From positions 365 to 64,364 of the forward strand of contig VGEN01000004.1 in assembly GCA_016869285.1 (NCBI GenBank): 64,000 bases of DNA, read 5' to 3'. The position numbers and the translations under genes were made by a program. This stretch comes from Alphaproteobacteria bacterium. Its GTDB lineage: Bacteria > Pseudomonadota > Alphaproteobacteria > SHVZ01. Of the stretch, positions 1 to 11,591 are shown piece by piece. Below the pieces are notes generated by a model. The model made no database searches and was not told where the DNA came from. It was given only the letters and a program-made list of their open reading frames with translations. Each line of letters starts with the position of its first letter. The first letter of the stretch is position 1.

Positions 1-4
1 CCAG

Positions 5-1606
5 ATGGTCGCTGCCGCCAATCCGCTTGCGGCCGAGGCCGGAAGACGGATCTTGAGGCAGGGCGGCAGCGCGGTCGACGCGGCGATCGCGACGCAGATG
101 GTTCTGAACCTCGTCGAGCCGCAATCCTCTGGCATTGGTGGCGGCGCCTTCCTCGTTCTCTGGGATGCGCGCAAGAAGGCCGTGACGACCGTCGATGCGC
201 GCGAGACGGCGCCAGCATCGGCAAGACCCGATCGCTTCCTCGGCTCCGATGGGCGGCCGATGCGATTCTATGACGCTGTCGTCGGCGGCCGCTCGGTCGG
301 CGTGCCGGGCGTCCTGCGCGGCCTCGAGCTCGCGCACAGGGCGCATGGCAGGCTGCCTTGGGCGACGCTGTTCGAGCCGGCGATCGAGCTCGCCGAGAAG
401 GGCTTTTCGATCTCGCCCAGGCTCAACACGCTGCTCAGGTCCGAGCAGCATCTGCCGAAGTCGCCGACGGCCAAGGACACTTTCTACAATGCCGATGGCA
501 GCGCAAAGGCGATCGGCACGGTTCTTGTCAATCGGCCGCTGGCGGAGACGCTGCGCGCCGTCGCGCGAGGCGGCACCGACGCCTTCTACTCCGGCGACAT
601 CGCGCGCGACGTCGTTGCAACCGTGCGCGGTGCCGCCAATCCCGGTGACCTGACCGAAGCCGATCTTGCCGGCTATCGCGCGAAGGAGCGGCCGGCGGTC
701 TGCGGCCCCTATCGGCGCTGGGAGGTGTGCAGCATGGGGCCGCCGTCGTCGGGCGGGCTCACCCTGCTGCAGATCCTCGGTATTCTCGAAGGCTTCGACA
801 TGAAGGCTGAAGCACCGTGGTCGATCCGCGGGTTGCATCTCCTCACCGAGGCCGAGCGGCTCGGCTATGCGGATCGCGGCCTCTACATGGCTGATGCCGA
901 CTTCGTGCCGGTGCCCGTGAAGGGCCTCATCGACCGCGCCTATCTGAGAGGCCGCGCGGCGCAGATCGAGCCCGACGCCTCGCTCAAGCGGGCGCAGCCG
1001 GGAACGCCGCCGCTCTCGACCGCGGCGCTCGGTGCCGACGACGCGATCGAGCTGCCGTCGACGACGCACATCTCGGTCGTCGATCGTTGGGGCAACGCGG
1101 TAGCGATGACCACGACGATCGAGGATGCGTTCGGATCGCGCCTGATGGTGCGCGGCTTCCTGCTCAACAACCAGCTTACCGATTTTTCGTTCGCGCCGAT
1201 GGAGGACGGGAAGCCGGTGGCCAACCGTGTCGAGGCGGGCAAGCGGCCGCGGAGCTCGATGGCGCCGACATTGGTCTTCGACAGCAACCGCCGCCTATTG
1301 ATGGTCGTCGGCTCTCCCGGCGGCAGCACCATCATCAACTACGTGGCGAAGGTGATCGTGGCGACGCTCGACTGGGGCCAGGACATGCAGTCGGCGATCT
1401 CGTTCCCGAACATCGGCAGCCGCAACGGCCCGACCGAGATCGAGGAGGGGCCGTCGGCCGCGGCGATCGCTGCCAGCCTGCGTGCGCTCGGGCACGAGAC
1501 TCGGATCGCCGAGTTCACCTCGGGTCTCCAGGGCATCATGGTGACGCGAAAAGGGCTGGTCGGCGGCGCCGATCCTCGGCGAGAGGGCGTCGCGCTCGGC
1601 GACTAG
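5..1606 (+). CDS. ggt: gamma-glutamyltransferase. The N-terminal signal peptide and roughly 40 aa are missing because the gene runs off the window's left edge.
   Basis: The 533-aa ORF has the GGT family hallmarks, including the catalytic Thr in [21 protein letters not shown] and the glycine-rich loop. It aligns from about residue 45 of E. coli Ggt, so the 5' end is cut by the window. Confidence 0.85.
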   Translation: MVAAANPLAAEAGRRILRQGGSAVDAAIATQMVLNLVEPQSSGIGGGAFLVLWDARKKAVTTVDARETAPASARPDRFLGSDGRPMRFYDAVVGGRSVGVPGVLRGLELAHRAHGRLPWATLFEPAIELAEKGFSISPRLNTLLRSEQHLPKSPTAKDTFYNADGSAKAIGTVLVNRPLAETLRAVARGGTDAFYSGDIARDVVATVRGAANPGDLTEADLAGYRAKERPAVCGPYRRWEVCSMGPPSSGGLTLLQILGILEGFDMKAEAPWSIRGLHLLTEAERLGYADRGLYMADADFVPVPVKGLIDRAYLRGRAAQIEPDASLKRAQPGTPPLSTAALGADDAIELPSTTHISVVDRWGNAVAMTTTIEDAFGSRLMVRGFLLNNQLTDFSFAPMEDGKPVANRVEAGKRPRSSMAPTLVFDSNRRLLMVVGSPGGSTIINYVAKVIVATLDWGQDMQSAISFPNIGSRNGPTEIEEGPSAAAIAASLRALGHETRIAEFTSGLQGIMVTRKGLVGGADPRREGVALGD

Positions 1607-1785
1607 GACTTGTCGTCTAGCTTGTGCGCCTCATGGGCGCGGACGGCTCGCGCCTCCTCCAACCGTTTGCGTTCGATCTCGGCTTTCGGTCGGCCGAACT
1701 TCAGCCGGTTGGCCTCGGCTTCCTTGGCGCGCTCGCCCCTTGCCTTGGCTTTCCGCGCCCGGTTCAGGTTCACGATCTCGACCAT
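1603..1785 (-). CDS. DUF4169-family small basic protein
   Basis: This 60-aa ORF ([27 protein letters not shown]...) matches the conserved alphaproteobacterial DUF4169 pattern. It overlaps the ggt stop codon by 4 nt. Confidence 0.5.
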   Translation of the reverse strand: MVEIVNLNRARKAKARGERAKEAEANRLKFGRPKAEIERKRLEEARAVRAHEAHKLDDKS

Positions 1786-1794
1786 GCCGTCAGC

Positions 1795-2460
1795 TTACGC
1801 GGCGGCGACGGCGGCGAGAATGGCCTCGAGCTGGGCGATCAGGCCTCTTCGCGTCGGCGCAAAGGTGCCGGTGATCGCTGCCGTGCCGATGGTGAAAGCA
1901 TCCACCCCGGCGTCGCGGACAGCACGGATGCGATCAGGCGAGTCGATTGAGCCGGCGACGATCAGCTCGCCCTTGAGCGCCCGGCGCGCGGCGCGAACCA
2001 GGTCGATGGGATCGGCTTCGGTCGCGCGGTAGGCGAGCAGGTCGACGCCGCGCGCCCCCTGGGCTTCCAGCCGGCGACAGTCTTCGGCGACGCTCGCAGG
2101 GGTGCCGCCGAGCTTCGTCGGATGCCCTTCGGGCCTTCCGGCGAAGGGGTAGCAGGCGGTGGCGCCGGCGGCCGCCAGGATCGGGGTGGCATCGGCGCCG
2201 CCGAGCAGCTTGTCGACGCCGAGCTTGGCGGCAGCCTTGGCTGAGGCCACGGCCGTCTCTGTCGAGGTCGAGACGACTTCCAGATAGGTGGTGGCGCCGG
2301 AGGACTTGAGGCGGGCGTGCAGCGCCTCCAGCGTCGCGAACGGCACGCCGACGTCCTTGAAGCCGACATGACGGAGGTCAAGAGGACGCACGGCGTCGGC
2401 GACAGCAAGGCAGTCCGGGATCGTGCGATCCCCGACTGTCAGCATGAAGATGAAGTTCAT
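1795..2460 (-). CDS. TIM-barrel (ribulose-phosphate-binding barrel, NanE/ThiE-like) protein of unknown function
   Basis: The 221-aa ORF is alanine/glycine-rich with a C-terminal IVAGSIDSPDRIRAVRDAGVDAFTIGTAAITG motif. That motif resembles the phosphate-binding end of NanE/HisA-type barrels. It sits at the head of the aldolase/MlrC/DpaL gene string. Confidence 0.4.
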   Translation of the reverse strand: MNFIFMLTVGDRTIPDCLAVADAVRPLDLRHVGFKDVGVPFATLEALHARLKSSGATTYLEVVSTSTETAVASAKAAAKLGVDKLLGGADATPILAAAGATACYPFAGRPEGHPTKLGGTPASVAEDCRRLEAQGARGVDLLAYRATEADPIDLVRAARRALKGELIVAGSIDSPDRIRAVRDAGVDAFTIGTAAITGTFAPTRRGLIAQLEAILAAVAAA

Positions 2461-2482
2461 TCCCCCGGACGAGGAAACGACG

Positions 2483-3229
2483 TCAGCTCTTGTAGTCGCC
2501 TTCGTCCTTGTCGAGCACGCGCATCCAGGCGTTCAGATGCGCCTGCGCCGCCGGCGGGGTCAGGCCCTTGTCGCGCTGCGGCGAGTCGCGGAGGATCGAC
2601 GGGTCGAGGCTATGCACCGGCTGGCCCATCTGGCGGGCGAGGAGGGTGTACATGGCCCAGCGCTCGGTGAAGTAGAAGCTGTCGAACGCATCGGCGACGG
2701 TAGCACCGACCGTGGTCAGCCCGTGCATCGCATGGACGATGACCGTCTTCTTGCCGACCTCTCGGGCCAGCTTCTGGATCGCATCCTCGTCGACCGGACC
2801 GGCCATCGTGTCTTCGTAGTGAAGCTGCTTGGCAAGCCCCATGGCGATCGCGTGGCTGGTGTCGAAGCGGCCCCCCTTCACGCAAGCGATCGCCGTGGCA
2901 TAGGGCGGGTGCGCGTGGATGATCGCGGTCGCGCTCGGCAGCAGCTCGTGCAGGCGCGGATGCAGGTAGAAAGCGACGCGGCGGACCTGGCCCTCGCCTG
3001 AGATCACGTCGCCCTTGCCGTTGACCAGCAGGAGGTTGGAGGCGGTGACTTCGCGGAAATGCAGCTCGTAGGGATTGAGCAGGTAGCGGTCCGGGCCGAC
3101 CTGGACCGAGAAATGATTGGCGATGCCCTCGTTCCATCCAAGCCGGTTGGCGATGCGGAACGTGGCGGCCAGCTCGACCCGCGCCTTCCACTCGGCGCTG
3201 TCGGTCTTCGGCATCTTGATCACGGTCAT
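2483..3229 (-). CDS. class II aldolase/adducin-domain protein (L-fuculose-phosphate aldolase / ribulose-5-P 4-epimerase family)
   Basis: The 248-aa ORF has the HxH metal motif (IIHAHPPYATA) and a fold-typical length. Confidence 0.75.
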   Translation of the reverse strand: MTVIKMPKTDSAEWKARVELAATFRIANRLGWNEGIANHFSVQVGPDRYLLNPYELHFREVTASNLLLVNGKGDVISGEGQVRRVAFYLHPRLHELLPSATAIIHAHPPYATAIACVKGGRFDTSHAIAMGLAKQLHYEDTMAGPVDEDAIQKLAREVGKKTVIVHAMHGLTTVGATVADAFDSFYFTERWAMYTLLARQMGQPVHSLDPSILRDSPQRDKGLTPPAAQAHLNAWMRVLDKDEGDYKS

Positions 3230-3240
3230 GGCGCTGCCTC

Positions 3241-3972
3241 TCAGTTCTTGTAGTCGGGTTCGAGCACGTCGAGCCGGCGCTTGATGCCGGCGAAATGCTT
3301 CTCGACATAGAGGTCGCCGCTCTCGAAGACGCGGCGAACCTCTTCGATCATCGGCTGCTGCACGCGCTTCATCGGCCTGCCGGCCTGCATGGCGAGAAGC
3401 TGAACCTTGCAGACCTCCTCGAGGAAGTAGAGACGGTCGAAAGCCTCGGCCACGGTAGCGCCGGCGACCAGCGGCCCGTGGTTGCGCATCATCATCGTCG
3501 TGTGATCGCCCATCAGCTTGGCGACGCGCGTGCCTTCCTCGTAGGAGAGAGCCAGGCCCGAATAGTCCTCGTCATAGGCGGTGCGGTCGATATAGGGCAG
3601 AGCCGACTGGTTCACCGGCTCGATCCGCGCGTTCTCGATCAGGCAGAGCGCCGTCGCATAGGGCATATGCGTGTGCAGCACGACCTGGTGCTTCTTGTTG
3701 GCGCGATGGATGGGCGCGTGCAGGTAGAAAGCGGTTGCCTCGACCGTGTTGTCACCCTCGACGACCTTGCCGTCGAGGTCGCAGACGACCAGGCTCGAGG
3801 CGGTCACCTCCGACCAGTAGAAGCCTTCCGGATTGACTAGGAAAAGCTCATCCGAGCCAGGGACCATCATGCTGAAGTGATTGCAGACGCCGGTCTGCCA
3901 GCCGAGCCGATGGGCCCAGCGGAGGGCGGCAGCAAGATCGATCCGCGCCTGCCCGATGTCGTTCCGTCGCAT
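3241..3972 (-). CDS. class II aldolase/adducin-domain protein, a tandem paralog of the previous gene
   Basis: The 243-aa ORF has the same HTHMPYATA motif. It is co-linear with the upstream paralog, 11 bp away. Confidence 0.75.
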   Translation of the reverse strand: MRRNDIGQARIDLAAALRWAHRLGWQTGVCNHFSMMVPGSDELFLVNPEGFYWSEVTASSLVVCDLDGKVVEGDNTVEATAFYLHAPIHRANKKHQVVLHTHMPYATALCLIENARIEPVNQSALPYIDRTAYDEDYSGLALSYEEGTRVAKLMGDHTTMMMRNHGPLVAGATVAEAFDRLYFLEEVCKVQLLAMQAGRPMKRVQQPMIEEVRRVFESGDLYVEKHFAGIKRRLDVLEPDYKN

Positions 3973-4054
3973 TCCGAACCCAGTCTTGAAGCCTTCGCCG
4001 AAAACGCCGCAAAGATTGGCTTTTCACATCGGAAAAGGCAAGAAGCTGCGACGT

Positions 4055-5557
4055 TTAGCCCGCGGCGAAGACCGGCTCGAAGCCGTCCTCCATGGGGAAG
4101 CAGGGACGGTCGAGGCGCCGCCAGGCGACGGCGGCTAGGTTGCAGGTGGTCGGGCCGGGCGTGTCGAGCACGAACATTGCCGGCGCTCCCGCATAGGCCT
4201 GCTGATAGTTCATCGGGTTCTTGACCACGAGGAACTTCATCCGCCGGGCGTCGATGCCCAGTGCCTGGAAGGGCTCGTCGGCGTATTCGTATGAGGAGAG
4301 CGAGGCGCACAGCACCTTGATCGGGCCGATCGCAAGCACGGCCGCGTCGCCGATCGACGCCTCGACGCCACCCATCAGCCCGCCCGAATAGCGGAAGCTT
4401 GCCTTCGGCTCGACCCGCTCGACCACGACCTCGGCCTCGACCGGCGCTCCGGCGCCGGCGGCCACGCGGTTGCCGAGCCGGGCGCGGAAGCGGCCGCCGG
4501 TGCCGACCTCGCGTGCCCGCGTCACCGCGTGCGGGTCGACGATGTGGATCGCGGCCGACTGGTCCGGTGCATGTTCGAGCAACGCGCGGAGCACGACGGC
4601 GGAATCGCCGGAGGCACCGCCCCCGACGCAATCGGCCGCGTCGGCCAGGATCACCGGACCTCCCGTGAGCGCACGGCCCTTGCGGATCGCGTCGACCGGT
4701 GTCTCCGTCGGCACCAGGAACTCGCGGCGCTTTCGCCAGTGAAGCTGCACCATCTCCTCGGCGACGCGATCGGCGACGGCGGCATCGCCGTCGGCAACGG
4801 CAACCGCAGTGACGCCGACGCCCGGCAGGTCGAGCCAGGGCTGGACGCAGAAGTAGCTTGCGGCGAGCACGCTGCCATCGGTCTCTCGGGCGCGGGCAAG
4901 ATCGATGATCTCTCGCATCGGCCCGTCGCCCTTGGTGCGTTGGCGCTGCGCCGGCAGGATCATCGGCGCCCTCCGGAACCGGCTTACCGGCCGGATCTGG
5001 CCGCGGATCGTGCGCAGAAGCAGCGTCGCGGCGCGGGCGCCGGTCTCATGCGTGTCGTCATGCGGGTATTCGCGATAGCCGATCAGGATCTGCGCGTGCC
5101 GCGTCATCGCCGGCGTGATGTGGCCGTGCAGGTCGCAGGACACGGCGATCGGAACATCTCCGCCGACGATTTCCCTGGCCGCAGCCAGGATCTCGCCCTC
5201 GGCATCGTCGATGCCTTCGGCGATGAAGGCGCCGTGCAGGGCCAGGTAGACGCCGTCGACCTTGCTGGCGGATCTCAGGCGCTCCAGCAATTCGTCGCGG
5301 AACGCGCGGTAGCACTTGCCCGAGACGCGGCCGCCCGCGCCGCCATGCGTGGCGATCAGCGGCACGATCTCGACATCGGCGCCGCGAAATATCTCGAGGG
5401 CGCCGCCGATTTCGGTGTTGGTCGAGGCGAGCTTCGCCGGGATCTCCTCGCCCGAGGCCAGGTACTTGCTGGCGAAGTCGGTCCGCTCGGTGATGACCGG
5501 CGACAGCGTGTTGCCCTCGAAGAGGAGCGCGCCGAGCGCGATACGAGGCTTGCTCAT
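4055..5557 (-). CDS. M81-family metallopeptidase (microcystinase MlrC-like; DUF1485 + MlrC_C)
   Basis: The 500-aa ORF has an MlrC-type N-terminus (RIALGALLFEGNTLSP) and the LHGA / DLHGHITP motifs. Confidence 0.75.
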   Translation of the reverse strand: MSKPRIALGALLFEGNTLSPVITERTDFASKYLASGEEIPAKLASTNTEIGGALEIFRGADVEIVPLIATHGGAGGRVSGKCYRAFRDELLERLRSASKVDGVYLALHGAFIAEGIDDAEGEILAAAREIVGGDVPIAVSCDLHGHITPAMTRHAQILIGYREYPHDDTHETGARAATLLLRTIRGQIRPVSRFRRAPMILPAQRQRTKGDGPMREIIDLARARETDGSVLAASYFCVQPWLDLPGVGVTAVAVADGDAAVADRVAEEMVQLHWRKRREFLVPTETPVDAIRKGRALTGGPVILADAADCVGGGASGDSAVVLRALLEHAPDQSAAIHIVDPHAVTRAREVGTGGRFRARLGNRVAAGAGAPVEAEVVVERVEPKASFRYSGGLMGGVEASIGDAAVLAIGPIKVLCASLSSYEYADEPFQALGIDARRMKFLVVKNPMNYQQAYAGAPAMFVLDTPGPTTCNLAAVAWRRLDRPCFPMEDGFEPVFAAG

Positions 5558-6660
5558 GCGAGGCTCCTGCCGTTGATCAGGCGGTGAAAGACATCCAGAT
5601 CCGTCGGTCCCTCGCAGGCGATAGCGACGATCCTGGATTTCCCGTTGAGGCCAAGCTCGCGCCGCATGTCCGGGTCGCTGACGGCGACCAGCGCGCCGGC
5701 CAGCCCGGCAATGCCGGTCTCTCCGATCACCAGCGAGTCCGGGCCTCGATGCGCCAGCTTCATGGCGGTGACGGCCGGAGCGTCTGGGATGGCAAGAAAA
5801 GCAAAAGCGCCGCCATCGAGGATTTCCCAGGCTAGGTGCGAGGCGGTTCCGACCGAGAGCCCGTCCATGACCGTCACAAGCGACCCGTCGGTTCGCGAGA
5901 GCTTGCCGCGCGCGGCGCTTTGGTAGACGGCGTCGGCGGTCAGCGGCTCGACGACGACCACGCGCGGCCGCTCGGCGCCGAGGCGTTGCCAGAGCCGGGC
6001 GACCACAGCTCCGGCCAAGGCCCCGATGCCGGCGCCGACGAACACATGGGTCGCATCGTCGGCCGCATCGACCAGCTCCTGCCCCAGCATCGCGTAGCCG
6101 TGCATGGTGTGCGCCGGCACGCTCGGATAGGCGGTCTGGGCAATGTCTGAGATCACGTAACTGCCGTCTTTGTCGGAATCGCCATGACAGCGCGCGAGCG
6201 CATCGTCATAGGTGCCGGGAACGCGGATCACCGTGGCGCCGAATGACTCGATCGCGCGCGCGCGGCCCGCGCTCACGGTCTCGTTCATATAGATCCGGCA
6301 GCCGGCGCCGAGGCGTTGCGCTGCCCAGGCGACGGCGCGACCGTGATTGCCGGAGGTGGCGGCAGCGAAGCCGATCGGCGGCCTTGCTCTCTCGGCCAGT
6401 CGCTGCGCGGCATAGGGTGGACCCAGCGCCTTGAAGCTCTGCACGGCGAAGCGCGCGCCCTCGTACTTGATACGCAACGAGCCGATGCGGAACTCTCGGG
6501 CGAGATCCGGGCGATCGATCAGTGGCGTCGCCGCATACTCAGGCCAGCCGAGGATCGCGCGTTCGGCCGCCTGATAGTCGGCGTCCGACATCACAGCCTG
6601 CTGGCGTGCTCCGTATTCGCTTTCGGAGAAACGCGGATTGACCTTCAGCCTTGCATTCAT
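5554..6660 (-). CDS. dpaL: diaminopropionate ammonia-lyase (PLP fold-type II, YgeX family)
   Basis: The 368-aa ORF carries fold-type II PLP motifs. It is translationally coupled to the MlrC gene by a 4-nt overlap. Confidence 0.7.
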   Translation of the reverse strand: MNARLKVNPRFSESEYGARQQAVMSDADYQAAERAILGWPEYAATPLIDRPDLAREFRIGSLRIKYEGARFAVQSFKALGPPYAAQRLAERARPPIGFAAATSGNHGRAVAWAAQRLGAGCRIYMNETVSAGRARAIESFGATVIRVPGTYDDALARCHGDSDKDGSYVISDIAQTAYPSVPAHTMHGYAMLGQELVDAADDATHVFVGAGIGALAGAVVARLWQRLGAERPRVVVVEPLTADAVYQSAARGKLSRTDGSLVTVMDGLSVGTASHLAWEILDGGAFAFLAIPDAPAVTAMKLAHRGPDSLVIGETGIAGLAGALVAVSDPDMRRELGLNGKSRIVAIACEGPTDLDVFHRLINGRSLA

Positions 6661-6801
6661 CGACGGCAGATTCCCACGCGCTTTCCGATCGGAACATTGT
6701 TTTATGATAGGGTTGCGCCGAGGGGAAGGCTTGTCCTATGGTCCGCCGCTTCAGGCGCCCATACGATCGAGGCGCCAAGGGGAGGGGGAGCCGACGGGCC
6801 G

Positions 6802-7746
6802 ATGCTGCGCTATCTGGTCTATCGACTGCTGTCGGCGATTCCCGTCCTTATCGTCGTCTCCCTGGTCACCTTCCTCATCATTTTCTTGGTTCCGGGAGAC
6901 CCAGCGGCCGAGATCGCCGGCCCTGGCGCCTCGGGCGACGAGATTGATCGCATCCGCGAAGGCCTCGGCCTCAACCGGCCCTTCCACGAGCAGATGATCT
7001 CCTACTACACGCGCCTGTCGCAGGGCGATCTCGGCCGCTCGATCCTGCTCAACCGGCCGGTTACCGACGCCATGATCGAGCGAGCGCCGGTGACGTTGTC
7101 CTTGGCTGCCGCCGGCCTCTTTATGGCGATCTTCGTTGGCATGACGCTCGGTGTCATCGCGGCCGTGCGCCAGAACACTCTGACCGACCAGGCGGCCATG
7201 AGCTTCGCGCTCTTCGGCCTCTCGATCCCGGACTTCTGGTTCGGACTGGTGATGATCTACGTGTTCGCCGTCTGGCTCGGCTGGCTTCCGACCGGCGGCT
7301 TCGTGCCGATCGACCAGAGCTTCACCGGCTGGCTACGCTCGATGGCGATGCCGGCGCTGGCGCTCGGCCTCACGCAGACCGGCCTGATCGCACGCATCAC
7401 GCGCGCGACCATGCTCGAGGTCCTGCGGCAGGACTATGTCAGGACGGCCCGCGCCAAGGGCATGCCCGAATGGGTGGTGATCGGCCGGCACGCGCTCACC
7501 AACACGCTGATCCCGGTGGTCACCGTGATCGGCTTGATCGTCGGCATCCTGCTCGGCGGCTCGCTGGTCATCGAGCAGGTGTTCTCGCTGCCAGGGGTCG
7601 GCCGCCTCATCATCGGCGCCATCCTCCGCCGCGATTTCCCGGTGATCCAGGGCGGGCTGCTGCTGACCGCCTCGATCTTCGTCCTGGTCAACATCTGCGT
7701 CGACATCGCCTATGCCTATCTCGACCCGCGGGTGCGCTATGACTGA
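6802..7746 (+). CDS. ABC peptide/nickel transporter permease (DppB/OppB-like)
   Basis: The ORF is in frame with ORF 6316..7746. I chose the ATG at 6802 (MLRYLVYRLLSAIPVLIV), which is preceded by a GGAGGGGGAG ribosome-binding site. It has a binding-protein-dependent transport-system inner-membrane signature. Confidence 0.8.
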   Translation: MLRYLVYRLLSAIPVLIVVSLVTFLIIFLVPGDPAAEIAGPGASGDEIDRIREGLGLNRPFHEQMISYYTRLSQGDLGRSILLNRPVTDAMIERAPVTLSLAAAGLFMAIFVGMTLGVIAAVRQNTLTDQAAMSFALFGLSIPDFWFGLVMIYVFAVWLGWLPTGGFVPIDQSFTGWLRSMAMPALALGLTQTGLIARITRATMLEVLRQDYVRTARAKGMPEWVVIGRHALTNTLIPVVTVIGLIVGILLGGSLVIEQVFSLPGVGRLIIGAILRRDFPVIQGGLLLTASIFVLVNICVDIAYAYLDPRVRYD

Positions 7747-8628
7747 CGCGACCGCGACCGGCGCGCGCTTCGGCCTCTTCCTTGACCGCATCCGGCGCTC
7801 GAGCCTGCCACGCCGGTTGTTCCGGCATCGGTTGTTCGTGACCGGGCTAACCCTGTTCCTGATCGTGTTGTTCATGGCGGTGCTGGCGCCCTACCTCGCT
7901 CCGCACGCGCCGAACCAGAACAATTTCCGCTACCGGCTCGGCGAGCCGAACGCGATACACCTCCTCGGCACCGACAATTTCGGCCGCGACGTGCTGTCCA
8001 GAGTGATCTACGGCAGCCAGGTCAGCCTTCGCATCGGCTTCATGGTCGTGATCATGAACGCGGTGTTCGGCACACTGATCGGTGCTTCGGCCGGCTACTT
8101 CCGCAAGCTCGACAACCCGATCATGCGGGTCATGGATGGGCTGATGGCGTTCCCGGCCATCCTGCTGGCGATCGCCCTCGCCGCCACGCTCGGGCCGTCG
8201 GAGTTCAACGCGGTCCTGGCGCTCACGGTTGCCTATGCGCCAAGGACAGCGCGCATCGTCCGCGCCTCGGTCCTGGTCGTCCGCGAGATGGACTATGTGC
8301 AAGCGGCGCTGGCTTCCGGCGCGGGACATCTCCGCATCCTCTTCCGCCATGTGCTCGTCAACTCGATGGCACCGCTGCTGGTGCAGCTCACCTTCATCTT
8401 CGCCGTGGCGGTGCTGGCCGAGGCGGTGCTCTCCTTCATCGGCGTCGGCCCGCCGCCGCCGACCCCGACCTGGGGCAATATCATCTCCGAGGGTCGCAAC
8501 TACATCCGCGAGGCGCCTTGGATCTCGCTGTTCCCCGGCATCGCCATCGCTTTCACGGTTCTCGGACTCAACTTGCTCGGCGACGGGCTTCGCGATGTGC
8601 TCGATCCGCGCATGAAGGTGGAGACGCG

Positions 8629-8632
<4 letters not shown>
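7739..8632 (+). CDS. ABC peptide transporter permease (DppC/OppC-like)
   Basis: The start ATGACTGA overlaps the stop codon of the upstream permease. The N-terminus [15 protein letters not shown] is followed by transmembrane segments. An alternative ATG lies at 7712. Confidence 0.75.
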
Positions 8633-9596
<964 letters not shown>

Positions 9597-9600
<4 letters not shown>

Positions 9601-10583
9601 CGGCGCCGGCTCCCCTCATCGAGGTCGACAGCCTCGTCAAGCACTTCCCGATCCGCAAGGGGTTCTTCTCTTCGAGCGAGGCAGGCACGGTTCGCGCCGT
9701 CGACGGCATCAGCTTCACCGTGGCCCGCGGCGAAACGCTCGGCCTGGTCGGAGAGTCCGGTTGCGGCAAGTCGACCACCGGGCGCCTCATGCTGCGGCTG
9801 ATCGACCCGACCTCGGGCGCGCTCCGCTACGACGGCACGGATCTCGCGCAGATTTCGCCGAAGCAGATGCGCGAGCGCCGGCGCGAGCTGCAGATCATCT
9901 TCCAGGATCCGTACTCGTCGCTGAACCCGCGCATGACGGTCGAGAGCATCATCACCGAGCCGCTGGTGATCCACGGCATCGGCAATGCCGCCTCGCGACG
10001 CGCGCGCGCGCATGAGCTGCTCGACATCGTCGGGCTCGCCCGCAGCTACGCCAACCGCTATCCGCACGAGTTCTCCGGCGGACAGCGCCAGCGCATCGGC
10101 ATCGCGCGCGCTCTCGCGCTTCGGCCGCAATTCGTCGTCTGCGACGAGCCGGTTTCCGCCCTCGACGTCTCGATCCAGGCCCAGGTCATCAACCTGATGC
10201 AGGATCTGCAGAAGGAGTTCGGGCTCACCTACCTGTTCATCAGCCACAACCTCGCGGTCATCCGGCACATCGCCGACCGCGTCGCTGTCATGTATCTCGG
10301 CAAGATCGTCGAGCTTACAGACAAGCACAGTCTATATACCGAGCCGAAGCATCCCTACACGCAGGCGCTGCTCTCGGCGATCCCGATCGCCAATCCGGAT
10401 CGCCAGCGCCAGCGCGTCGTGCTTACCGGCGACGTGCCGAGCCCGATAAATCCGCCGGCCGGGTGCCGCTTCCACACGCGCTGCCCCTATGCCGAGGCGC
10501 GTTGCAAGACGATGGAGCCGCCCCTGATCGATGTCGGCGGCGGCCATCGCGTCGCCTGCCACCTCGTCCAACCCTCGGCCTAG
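9597..10583 (+). CDS. ABC peptide transporter ATP-binding protein (DppF-like)
   Basis: It has a Walker A motif (GESGCGKS) and the FSGGQRQR signature. A GTG start at 9597 forms a GTGA overlap with the upstream stop. Confidence 0.8.
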
Positions 10584-10591
10584 AGTCTCTC

Positions 10592-11527
10592 ATGAGCTTC
10601 ACGCTCGCCGAGTTCCGCGCCGCCCAGGCGCGCATCAGAGGGCTCGTCCGCCGCACGCCGATGATGGCGACGGCATCGCCGGTCACTTCCGGCCCGGAAC
10701 TGGCGCTCAAGCTCGAATACCTGCAGATCACCGGCTCGTTCAAGCCGAGAGGTGCGGTCAACGCGCTGAAGAGCCTGCCGGACGAAGCGATCAGGAAAGG
10801 CATCATCACCGCGTCGGGCGGCAACCATGGCAAGGCTGTCGCCTATGCCGGCTGGATTGCCAAGACCCGCGCGATCGTCTACCTGCCATTAAGCGCGCCG
10901 CCAGAGAAGGCAGCGACGATCCGCGCCTTCGGGGCGGAGCCGATTATGTTCGGCGAGATCTGGGACGAGTCCAACGCCGAAGCCATGCGCCATGCCGAGC
11001 GCGAAGGCCTGATCTACATCCACCCGTTCAAGGACGAGCCGGTCATCCTGGGCCAGGGCACCGTCGGCCTGGAGCTGATCGAGGACCTGCCCGAGGTCGA
11101 CATCGTGCTCGCGGCGATCGGCGGCGGCGGCTTCATCGCCGGCGTGGCAGCAGCGATCAAGGCGCTGAAGCCGGGGGTGCGCATCATCGGCATCGAGCCG
11201 GTCGGCGCACCGACGCTCCACGACAGCCTGAAGGCGGGCAAGCTGGTCACCCTCGACAAGATCGAGAGCAAGGTCAGCACGCTCTCGGCCAAGCGCTCCG
11301 ACCAGGTGAACCTCGACCTGATCGGCAAGCATGTCGAGCGCATCGTGCTGGTGACCGACGACGAGATGCGGGACGCGGCTCGCTGGCTGTGGAAGGAACT
11401 CGGCATCGCGGCCGAGCTCTCGGGAGCCGCCTCCGTCGCCGCGGCTCTCCTCGGCCGGGTTGACCTGCCGAAGGGCGCCACGGTCTGCGCCATCGTCTGC
11501 GGCGCCGGGACCGACGGGATCGGTTGA
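10592..11527 (+). CDS. threonine/serine dehydratase-like PLP enzyme (fold-type II, TdcB/IlvA short form)
   Basis: The 311-aa ORF begins MSFTLAEFRAAQARIRGLVRRTP and contains SFKPRGA (the PLP lysine) and a GGGG loop. It is the last gene of the ABC operon. Confidence 0.75.
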   Translation: MSFTLAEFRAAQARIRGLVRRTPMMATASPVTSGPELALKLEYLQITGSFKPRGAVNALKSLPDEAIRKGIITASGGNHGKAVAYAGWIAKTRAIVYLPLSAPPEKAATIRAFGAEPIMFGEIWDESNAEAMRHAEREGLIYIHPFKDEPVILGQGTVGLELIEDLPEVDIVLAAIGGGGFIAGVAAAIKALKPGVRIIGIEPVGAPTLHDSLKAGKLVTLDKIESKVSTLSAKRSDQVNLDLIGKHVERIVLVTDDEMRDAARWLWKELGIAAELSGAASVAAALLGRVDLPKGATVCAIVCGAGTDGIG

Positions 11528-11539
11528 CCCTGAAAAGGC

Positions 11540-11567
11540 GAAGGGCGCCGCCGGAGCGACGCCCTTC
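11540..11567. terminator. Putative bidirectional hairpin between the convergent dehydratase-like gene and rpsD
   Basis: GAAGGGCG-N12-CGCCCTTC forms an 8-bp GC stem. There are short T/A runs on both sides. Confidence 0.35.
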
Positions 11568-11591
11568 CGAAACCGGCGACGGAACGATCGC

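Noticed and set aside
6316-6801. N-terminal extensions of ORF-track entries (6316..6801; also 24996..25199, 44839..45252, 50438..51520, 8518..8628, 9489..9596, 10463..10591, 37087..37209).
   Set aside because: The extensions overlap upstream genes or divergent promoters and lack family similarity. Internal ATG/GTG starts with ribosome-binding sites, or ATGA/GTGA overlaps, give canonical N-termini.
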